64,000 nucleotides of DNA from Cenococcum geophilum. Lineage: Eukaryota. Positions 53,755 through 64,000 of this stretch are shown here, piece after piece. A program made the translations under genes and the position numbers. Each line of letters opens with the position of its first letter. The stretch's first letter is position 1. The stretch lies in the NCBI GenBank assembly GCA_050273025.1, contig CP158635.1:7688001-7752000 (forward strand), given 5' to 3'. The notes under the pieces are model-generated. The model ran no database searches and was not told the origin of the DNA. It was given only the letters and a program-made list of their open reading frames with translations.

Positions 53755-55550
53755 TATTATAATAGATATTATAGTAGATATAGAGCTTTATAAAGAGTAT
53801 CTAGCAGGGCTTTTAGTAGAGCCTTTAGTAGAGCTCTATATGGGGCTTTATATAGAGCTTTAAAGAAGCTTTATAGAGAGTATCTAGCGGAGCTTCTAGT
53901 AGAGCCTTTAGTAGAGCTCCATGTAGAGCTTTAGTAGAGCTCTATACGGAGTCTTAGCAGAGCTTCGTGCCGAGCTTTTAGTAGAGCCTTTAGTAGAGCT
54001 CTATATAGAGCTTCGTATAGAGCTTTATATAGAGCTTCTAGTAGAGCCTTTAGCAGAGCTCCGTATAGAGCTTTGGTAGAGCTCTATACGGAGTCTTAGT
54101 AGAGCTTCATGCCGAGCTTCTAGCAGAGCCTTTGGTAGAGCTCCGTGTAGAGCTTTAAGGGAGCTTTATAGAGAGTATCTGGTAAAGCTTCGTATAGAGC
54201 TTCTAGTAGAGCCTTTAGTAGAGCTCCGTATAGAGCTTTAGTAGAGCTCCGTATAGAGCTTTGGTAGAGCTCTATACAGAGCTTCGGTAGAGCTCTATAT
54301 AGAGTTTTAGTAGAGCTTCGTGCCGAGCTTCTAGTAAAGCTCTTAGTAGAGCTCCGTATAGAGCTTTATGTAGAGCTTTAAGGGAGCTTTATAGAGAGTA
54401 TCTGGCGGAGCTTCGTATAGAGCCTTTAGTAGAGCCTTTAGTAGAGCTCCGTGTAGAGCTTCAGTAGAGCTCTATGCGAAGCTTCGGTAGAGCTCTATAC
54501 AGAGTCTTAATAGAGCTCCGTGCAGAGCTTTAAGGGAGCTTCGTAGGGAGCCTCTAGGAGCTTCGTGTAGAGCTTTCTAGCAGAGCTTTCTGGCAGAGCC
54601 TTTGGTAGAGCCTCTAACTTAGTTTTAGCCCATGCCGTATTTAACTAGGAGTCTACTGGTTTGTGGTGATTCTAGCTTAAAGCTAGGCTCTATAATTAAT
54701 TTCCCTAGCTACTAAAGCTTTACTAGAGCTTTATATGGGGCTTTATATAGAGCTCTATATAGGCTCTACACGGAGCTCTATATAGGCTCTATACGGAGCT
54801 CTACTAAAGGCTCTGCTAGAAAGCTCTGCCAGAAAGCTCCGCTAAAAAGCTCTATACAAAGCTGCCAGGGGCTCCCTACGAAGCTCCCTTAAAGCTCTAT
54901 ATAGAGCTCTGCTAAGACTCCATATAGAGCTCTACTAAAGCTCTACTAAGACTCCGTACAGAGCTCTACCGAAGCTCTACATAGAGCTCTACTAAAGCTC
55001 TGCATAGAGCTCTACTAAAGCTCTGCATAGAGCTCTACTAAAGCTCTATATAGAGCTCTACTAAAGCTCTGCACGAAGCTCTACCGAAGCTCTGCACGGA
55101 GCTTTACTAAAGGCTCTACTAGAAGCTCTGCTAGAAGCTTAGCACAAAGCTCTACCAAGACTCCGTACAGAGCTCTACTAAAGCTTTATATAGAGCTCTA
55201 CCAAAGCTCTACACGGAGCTCTGCTAAAGGCTCTACTAAAAGCTTTGCTAGAGGCTCTCTATAAAGCTCCCTTAAAGCTCTATATAAAGCTCTATATAGA
55301 GCTCTACTAAAGCCTTTATTAGAAGCTCGGTATAAAGCTCTGCTAAGACTTTATATAGAGCTTTACCGAAGCTCCGTATAGAGCTCTACTAAAGCTCTAT
55401 ATAGGGCTCTTTAACTACTATAATGTCTACCACAAAGCTCTACGCGAAACTCTATTAAAGCTCTATTAAAGCCTTACGCGGAGCTATATTAAAGCCCTTA
55501 TACTAAGCCTTATATAGAGCTCTATATAGAGCTCTACGTCTATTATAATA
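53755..55550. repeat. Foldback structure of ~11-bp AGAGCTCT-core minisatellite arms
   Basis: 53755-54615 is the approximate reverse complement of 54715-55550; ends TATTATAATAGA / TCTATTATAATA. Confidence 0.85.
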
Positions 55551-56048
55551 TTTATCTCTCTATAACTTCTATAACTATATTAACCCCTAAGACCTAACTT
55601 AACCTAACTTATTATATAGTTTAGTACCCTAGCTACTATATTATTACTTACGTTAGTCTTTATATAGATATCTTAAAATAGTAAATAGTATAAGGGTTTT
55701 AACTTACTTAAAGGCTTTAAGCTCTTCTCCCCCCCCTAGTAGGTACTATACTTCCTTCTATATAAGCTTACTAAGCAGCTATATAACTTACTTATAGTCT
55801 TTTAAGAAAGCCTAGTAGAAGTTATAGAATCCTAAAAAAGATTATACTCTATTTATAGAGGTAGAAGGTTCCTAATATAGCTACCTTATTAGAGTCTATA
55901 GCGATCTTATTAGTTTTAATAATAAAGCCTAGAAACTTTATCTTAATAACGCTAAACTTATTTTTTTAATATCTACCTAAAGGCCTACCTCCTAAAGCCT
56001 TTATAAGACCTTCTTAATATAGATATTATACTATAGCGGGTTGTCTAA

Positions 56049-56430
56049 GGGGTCGTTCGGTTGCAATCTAAAGGCCTTAGATTCAGTTCAGAACAGAGTT
56101 GATCTGGAGCTCCGATCTGATTCTGAGGCGACTGTTCGGTTGAATTCCAGTTCAACTTGACCCCAGCCACAAATTTTTGATGTTCCTCTGACCGCCCAAA
56201 AAACACGCTAAAAGTTACTAAAAATTTGGCAACTTTACTGTATACGGCTTCTGAACTGAAGGTCTTGGCGTCAGTTCAATAAGGAGCCTCGAGCTCCTCA
56301 TTTGAATTCTGAAGCCTTTAGATCGCACGCACTCGTGCTACAGACGCGTGTCAAATCGGGAAGGAACGCGTTCTTTCTACCGGACTTTCAGTTCAGATTT
56401 AAAAGCGTCAGATTGCAACCGAACGACCCC
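56049..56430. mobile_element. PIF/Harbinger (Tourist-like) MITE, 382 bp
   Basis: perfect 21-bp TIR GGGGTCGTTCGGTTGCAATCT; TSD TAA; little RIP. Confidence 0.92.
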
Positions 56431-56442
56431 TAAGTATATTAG

Positions 56443-56880
56443 TATATATTACTTTAAAGTATAGAGATTAACCTTTTGATGTGTATGCGAGCGGCGGGTG
56501 CAGGTTATGCGAATAAGTAAGCAAATGGCCGAAAGTTCGATTATGCAAAAGTTACAAATGGTACTTTTGTGATAAGAAACACCGGCTTATACTTTAGTAC
56601 CAAAAATTCCGCGCTATAGGTCAATTGGTAGTCTTTATACTTTAGATAATATATATAACTATATATTACTTTAAAGTATAGAGATTAACCTTTTGATGTG
56701 TATGCGAGCGGCGGGTGCAGGTTGTGCGAATAAGTAAGCAAATGGCCGAAAGTTCGATTATGCAAAAGTTACAAATGGTACTTTTGTGATAAGAAACACC
56801 GGCTTGTACTTTAGTACCAAAAATTCCGCGCTATAGGTCAATTGGTAGTCTTTATACTTTAGATAATATATATAACTATA
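56443..56880. mobile_element. Tandem dimer of a 217-bp element with imperfect inverted ends
   Basis: two near-identical units, period 217, splitting the Gypsy RT DDILIY coding sequence at a TA-rich site. Confidence 0.8.
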
Positions 56881-58449
56881 TTATCTATAGAGGCTATATA
56901 AAAGTTATCTAAGTAGTTAGAAATAATACTATTAATAAATATCTAAAAGGATATAGGCCCGTTATATAGTCTAAAGGGTAATATAGTGCTTATATAATCC
57001 ATATCTTATATAAAAGGTAGTTAAATCCTCTACCTTTTCCTTTATCTATATAGTAGAAAGTCTATTAAATATCTAGCTTAGTAAAGATTTTAGCTCTTAA
57101 TAACCTGGTTAACGTCTCCCTAATTAATAGTAATAGGTAGCTGTTCTTTTTAGTAATCTTATTAAACCTTTAAAAGTTAATATAGAATTACTACCCCCTT
57201 TAAACTTCTTAGTAATAGAACTAGAGTAGTAAAGGGTATATTACTTAGTATTATAAACCTTTTCTATAGGTCCTCCTATAAGTACGCCTTAACTAGCTTT
57301 AGCTATTTTAGTAATATAATATATATTAGACTAAGGGCTAAATTATAACTACTACCTTTAAGAATAATATTATAGTCTACTCCCTTATAATATAGTAGTA
57401 GCGTATTAGATATAGATCTTAAGAAGTAGTTAGTATACTCTTAGTAAGGCTATAGTAGCTTTTTATAGATAAGTTAATAAAGCTCTTTCTTATTATTAAA
57501 TAGGGCATTTTATCTCTTTTTATTCTTTATTAGTTAGTTTAACTTATAGAAGCTAGTAGATCTAATTATAATACCTTCTTGCTTTACGCCTTATAAGTTC
57601 TTTACTTTAAGTAGTATAATATCTACTACCCTAGCTTCCTTAGTAGATAAAGTCTTCTTAACTCTTAAATTTAAGGTTAGTATTAGCTTAGAGTAAAGTT
57701 AGTCCTCTATCTTCCTAATTATATTTTAGGCGTTAATTCTCTAAGTATATTTATAGTTATATAAGGCCTATATACGCAAGGTAGATTGCTTTAAATTAAC
57801 TTTAATAGGGGACTTCTTATCTTAAAGCTCTATAGTTATAGTAGTATATTTCTTTAATCTATATCCTTTTAGTAACCGTTAATAATTAGTAGGTAAGAGT
57901 TCCTTTCTTAATATAATTATATTACTCTACTAGTTATTATACCTAAATATAATAATCCCCTATCCTTTAATTTTATAGAACTTTAGTTATATTTATTACT
58001 TAATAATTAGCTATAGCTTATAGTATATAAAGGCCTCTTTACCTATACTAGACTTAAATAAGCTTATTATATTAAGATCTACGTCGCTTAATATAACTAT
58101 ATATAGTACTATAAAGGCTATGCCTCTTAAGATCTCTCCTAGCTATATAGGCGCTATATAGATTACTTTAATCTATTCTAAGTATAGACTTTTTTAAAGC
58201 TACCTATTTTCCAACTTTTCCAAGTTAGTAACTATCTTATACTTCTTACTTTAGTATAGGGTATTTATTAGAATAGTATCCTTACTTATTATAGTTATAG
58301 TAGATAATTATTACCTTTATAGTTAGTACTTAAGTTAAAGACTACTTAGATAGGAGACTATTAGTATTATTAGCGCCTTTACTTAAAACTCTTTAAACCT
58401 AGGCTAGTTAGTAGTTACTTTACTCCTTACCTATCTACCTTAGCCCTTA

Positions 58450-61400
58450 AGCGTACTATAAGTGGTCTTATAATAGATATAAAACCTATATTCTTTATCT
58501 CCTACCTTAACTTCTATTAAGATGCGTAGGTTATTATAAAGGTTATTATAAAGCTTCTCCTTCTAATCTAGCGCCTAGGTATACTAGTAAGTAAAGGGCT
58601 ATTTAGTATATTAACCGCGTTATTTTTAGGCGTAAGAATAGTAGAATTATATAAAAGCTTTAGGGTAAAAAGCTAGCGCCTTATATTTAGAAATACCTTA
58701 GTTATAAGAGCCTTCTAGCTATTACTAATAGCCTAGTTACGCTTGTCCTATTATACTATTTAAATTAATATACTTATTAATATAGAGTAACCGCCCTATA
58801 AATATAGCAATCTTCTAGCGCTTAGGAGTAGTAAGACTAGGGCATTATAGACGTATATTCTATGTAAGGTAAAAGACGTATATATAGCACTATAGAAAGG
58901 AGCGCTTTAAAGACGCGCTTATAATCTACCTATAGGTACTATTTTTTATAATAGGTAGGGTCTAGTGGAAGTTACTATAGAAGTATACTATAATTCCGCT
59001 AAAGGGGAGCTGGCGCCTAGGTTTGTTAGTACTATAGAGGTCCTATAAAGTACGTAATACAGCCTTAATAGCGTAGCGGTAGTATATAACTAACTTATCC
59101 TAAAAGATAAGGCGGGTCTACTATAGAAGCTCTATAAGTAAGACTACTTCTAAATACTATAGGTGTTGTTCTTGTCTACATTAATTAGGATCTTAAAGTA
59201 TAAGTAGGTAGTAGTTCTACTAGAGAGTAGCGTTATTATAATACCTAGGGTAGTAACTGCTAGCGCTATATAGTTCTATAACATTTACTAGATAAGTACG
59301 GTATTATATAAAAATATCTTTCTAGTACTACTAGGGCTATTAATAAAGAAGAGACCGCCCTTATTAGTATCTACTATATAGTTAAGCGTGCTAAAAATTA
59401 AGCGCTACCCTATATTAAGTGAAGGAACGCCTTCTATAACCTCCGCCTATAAATCCTTTATAGAAAATCCAAGTTATTTATATAGAAGCTAATTCTAAAG
59501 TAAAGTATACTCCTTAATCTATTTATATTAGGGCTTAGTAAGGTAATAGTATTCTAGATTAAGGTTATAACTAATAAGTAGAGCGCGTAGATAGTAGTGC
59601 GTAAGGTCTTTAGCCTAGGTTAAGAACCGTATAGATTATATATAGTTAGTAAAAGTAGTTATCTACTAGCTCCCTTTAGAATAGATTCTATAGGGCGCGC
59701 AGATCTATAGACCTATAGCTAGCTAGCTAGCTAGTATAATAATAAATAGCTTGCGGAACTACCTTCTAAGCTAAAAGTACGCGGCCTTACGTAGTGCTTA
59801 TATATACTCTATATTATCCTAAAGTAAGCTATATATAAAGTATACTACTTAAAAGGTAGGGTATCCTTACGTCTTTAAAAAAAGTACTAGCTAGTAATAT
59901 TAACTAGAAGAAGCTATAAGTAGTATACCTCCTCCGCGCTAATTAGAATCTAAATAATATAGCTAATAGAGAACCCCTTATAGTAAGGGAGCTACTACTT
60001 ACGCCGCTTATTCTACGTATAGTAAGTAGAAAAGTTATAATAGAATATTTCTATACGCTATCTTATATTCTCTATAAAGAACTATATAAGTATAGTTCTA
60101 TATATAGTATCCTAAGTAAGACGCTTCTCTAAAGCCTAATTAGGCTAGATTATAATAAACTACTAGCCTTCTATATAGATTATAAGCTGCTATATAGGAA
60201 TAGAGCAGCTATATATACAGCACTTATAAATTCTCTCTAAAGCTTTATACGCGGTAATATATAGGGCGTGTATATACTCCTTAATTTTATCTATAAGGTA
60301 CTATAGCCTAGCCCTAGCTGCCTAGGCTTCTAGGGTTATAATAGCGTAATTAGGGCCTTTATATATATACTTAAACGCGTACTTTATAACGTAGTACCCT
60401 ATATAGGGCTCTACGTTAATATACGTATTAGGGCGCTATATCTCTACTACTCTATATATAGCTCCAGCTAGGCTATATAAAGGTAGGGCTATTCTATAGG
60501 CGCTTATATAGCGGCTTATTATTATTTCTAACTATAGTTTCCTTTTAAAAGGTATAAGGGATCTAGAATCTATATATAGGGCGTGGAGGTACTATAGATA
60601 ACAACGTTATATAGGAGCGGCTCCGCTATTAAGTCTAGAATATCCGTCTAAATAACTAGATTAATATCTTTTATAGTTACTAGCCGTAAGCTAGGCTTTA
60701 TAATTACTAGTATATATATATAAGGGAGCCTACACTTCTAAAACTTAATAGTTTAATTAATTATAGTAGTATTACCTAGAACGCGGGACTTTAAAATATT
60801 ATACTATAGCTACTTTAGCTTAATCTAGAAGACATAATCTACTAAATCTAGGTAATTTCTTATACTCTAGCCTACTTTTAGCTCCGCCTAGATTTCTTAC
60901 TAGTATAGGTTATACGTAAAGGTAATAAAATTGGTAGGGGAGCTATAATACCAAGTAAGTACTATAGCGTTAAAATAGGTGTTATATATCTAGTGTGGAA
61001 AGCTTATATAAGATATGGGAAGAATAATATTCTACCTAATATTACGTCCTATAGCCTAATTATTAAGGTAGAGCTAGTTAAGTATACTTGTATACTATAT
61101 AATCTATAGGTTCTTCTAGTTATAGCGTAGCTACTAGAGGCGGACGTTAGTGATTAAGGTATATATCTACTATAATCTTATAAAGTAGCCTTTTAGTAAA
61201 AAGCCAGGAGGAAATAGGACGTTAGAACTATAGGTAATATTTCTACTACTACTACTATAAGACGTATTTATATCTATTATAGCCTTAGCGTATAGTATTA
61301 GCCTTATTAACCTTATTATTACTAGCTATAAAGTCCTCTCCTATCCCTTATAACGTTAAAATAGGTTATTAGGTTATTAATAAGAACTAGCTAATTAAAT

Positions 61401-62660
61401 TAGCTAAATTTAGTACCCGTACTTAGAAATATTGTATTATTCCTATATAAACTACTTATTTTAAAGGCCTTAATATTATAAGGGATAGTATTATTAATAT
61501 TTATTATATAATCCTATAGTACCTATACCCTATTTATAAGGGGGTAGTTAATCTACTAGCTAAGCTTACTACGTGGGTAGAGTAAAGAGTAGTAAAGGGG
61601 GAGGTAAATAGGTAGCTACTTATTAATAAAGTCTAAGCCTCCCTCCTTATTCTATAGTATAATCTAGTAAATACCTTATATAGCTTATATAGAGGTAGGG
61701 ATAAAAGTAGTAACCTTACTTATAGTAGGATAATTATATATATAGGGGGTAGTACTTATAGTTTCTATTATTCTAAATACGCTATATATTTATCTATAAA
61801 TACTATATAAAAGGACTACTATTATATAGAACCTCCTAAATCGTCCTAAGAGTTGCTATATTTGGATTTTTAAAATACTTGGCTATAGCGCTTAAGTTAC
61901 TTATCCTCTCTATTAAATATATATAGTTACGCGAATAAGGCATTACGGCTAGTATAAAGATATAAGGATCTAATCTAGTAGTATAGCTACCCATAGGCTT
62001 AAAAGGTATAAATACTTTAAAGCTACTATATAAGCCGCTTATTAATTATAGTGCTAAGGGATTGGAATATAAAGGAATTATTATAGTAGTAGATAGATTT
62101 ATAGAATTCTTTTAATCTCGGCGTCCGCTATATATATATTTACGCCTTTTAATTCCACTAGTAGCTGCTAGAGATTATATAAGTAGTTTACCTACGCAGG
62201 AACGTATATAGTACTATTAATATAGTAAAAGAAGCAGTAATTCTTTTTATAGATTTAATTTTTCTCTCCTCTAGCTACTATAGGGCCTTATAGTAATTAT
62301 ACTTATATATAGCCCGCTCTATAATAAACTAATAATTAATACCCTATAATAGAGGATCCCTTATAATATTTAGACCTAGCTTATATACCTAACCTATATA
62401 AAATAGGGTGTAATAAAAGCCTATATCTAGTATAGAATATAAACTAGGGTAGGTATTAGCGGTATTTAGAAATAGTAGCTATCTTTATATAGGAGAAATT
62501 CTTCTTACTCTACCTATAGCCTACTAGTACATCTTTACTAGGAGTAGGGCGTAGCTAAAATCTACTAGGGTAGAGGAGGAGTAGGAGTAGAAGAAGGAAA
62601 AGAAGAAGAAGAAGAAATAAGAGGATTATAAGAGCTAGTAGAAACAGGGCGTAGCTCTAT
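58450..62660 (-). pseudogene. Helitron family B Rep-helicase, heavily RIPed
   Basis: de-RIPed PTNFITFTCNPxW (~60900-60940), IEFQKRGLPH (~60720-60750), GGLFFIDGPGGTGKTF (~59310-59360); termini not resolved. Confidence 0.82.
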
Positions 62661-64000
62661 TTATTAACCGGTATACGCTTATATTCACTATAAGTTAGTA
62701 TATATATATTAAAAGAATAAAGGAGAGTAAGAGACTTCTATTAGGCGGTAAAGTAAAAAGACCTAATTGTAAATATATCTTCCTCCTACTAGGGTTACTC
62801 TATTAGCTATTATATAGACTATTATAGAGGCTATAGCTACCTCTAAACGTGTACGTTTAGCTACTATAAGTATCTTTATCTTTTTAAATTATAAGGTATA
62901 CTTATAATAGAATTTCTATAAAGATTTTATAGGGCTTTATACTTTATATAGAGCTCTATATATAAACTTTCTTAACCCCTAAACTTTATACTACTCCTTT
63001 ATAAAACTTAATAGCTCTATATAGCTATAGAGTATATAATTACTACTCCTCTATAATAATGTGTTGCTTAAGGCTATAAAGTAGATATATAGTAGGTAGG
63101 GAGAGTCTTCTATAATTCTATAAAGCGATTTTTATATTATTAATATAGGTAAAAATATTACTATATAAATAGTGCATAAAATATTAGAGTTAGTAGTTAT
63201 TAGTTAAAGTTTTAGTTTAACTTATATTATATATAAAAAATATAAAGAATATTAAAATATACCTAGGTAAACTATATAAGGACTTTAGTACCCTTTAAGA
63301 AAGTACTCCCTAAGAACTTTATAGTAGGAAGGATATATTAATAAAGAATATAGAAAAAGTAGAAGAAAATAGCGCTATATTAAGGCCTAGGCTAGTATAT
63401 AGAGGTAAAGAATATATATAAGAGGTTAATAAGGATAAGAATAAGAAAGAGAAAGAAAGTAAAGTATAAAGGAATACTAGAAAACTAACTACTATAATAT
63501 AGTAATAGATAGACTAATACCAAAGAAATATATATAAAGTATAGGTAAAAAGAAAGTAAGTTATAGAATAGTAATACTATAGAGTAAAATTACTTATTAT
63601 TATTATGATAAGATATTTAATTACGCTATTATAGCTTCTATTAGGGTCTATATAGCGGGTCTATATAGGTATATATATATATAAAAGAGAAAATATACTA
63701 CTATTTAAAGCTAGGTAAAACCTTTCCTTTTACTATTATATAGCCTATATAGCCTCTCTTCTAATTAGTAACTATTAAGTATAAGTAGTTATCTCCTTAA
63801 GGCGCTATAGAAAAGCTATCTTAATATATACTCCTAAGTCCGTCTAGTAGGGTATATAGCTATAGCCTAGGTTCCGTTCCTAGCTACTTTAGTTATTTAA
63901 GTAGGGTATAGGCTAGCGGCCCGCAAGGCTAGTTATATAGAAGGTTAGTAGTAAAGAGGTAGGTATAGAATAGATAGAATTATAGGGATTTAATATATAC

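Larger units (their letters stand above)
55560..57950 (-). pseudogene. pol: Gypsy pol fragment (RT), interrupted by MITEs
   Basis: de-RIPed YPLPLIRETL, AKIFTKLDI, LPFGLCNGPASFQ, DDILIYSD, VQSFLGFCNFY. Confidence 0.8.

Noticed and set aside
53780..55540. CRISPR-like array
   Set aside because: No unique spacers, eukaryotic context, no cas genes; it is a minisatellite
56608..56632. tRNA A-box-like GCGCTATAGGTCAATTGGTAG
   Set aside because: No B box or cloverleaf follows; not a tRNA or a supportable SINE

Overview
AT-rich, heavily RIP-mutated (C->T/G->A, abundant TpA, TAA/TAG stops replacing Gln/Trp) nested transposon cluster from a filamentous ascomycete. No intact protein-coding gene is present; the ORF track mostly shows fragments of inactivated TE genes. 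Protein motifs quoted below are my manual translations, usually with RIP changes reversed, not database hits. Contents in order: (1) two head-to-tail copies of a Helitron (Rep-helicase plus a DUF3716-like gene), the first interrupted by an internally deleted Copia; (2) a pol-less gag-like LTR element whose left LTR was the Helitron target; (3) a solo LTR; (4) a full-length Tad1-like LINE carrying a chromodomain Gypsy, which itself has a spliced antisense Cys-cluster gene; (5) a full-length Copia inserted in a decayed kinase-like/ankyrin region; (6) a hAT transposase; (7) an intron-containing tyrosine recombinase (HSFRRGG type) with a divergent partner gene; (8) several MITEs and a 1.8 kb foldback minisatellite; (9) a Gypsy RT fragment and a second Helitron family. 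The most interesting items are the tyrosine-recombinase two-gene cassette, the antisense spliced gene in the Gypsy, and the tandem Helitron with a non-canonical 3' hairpin end.
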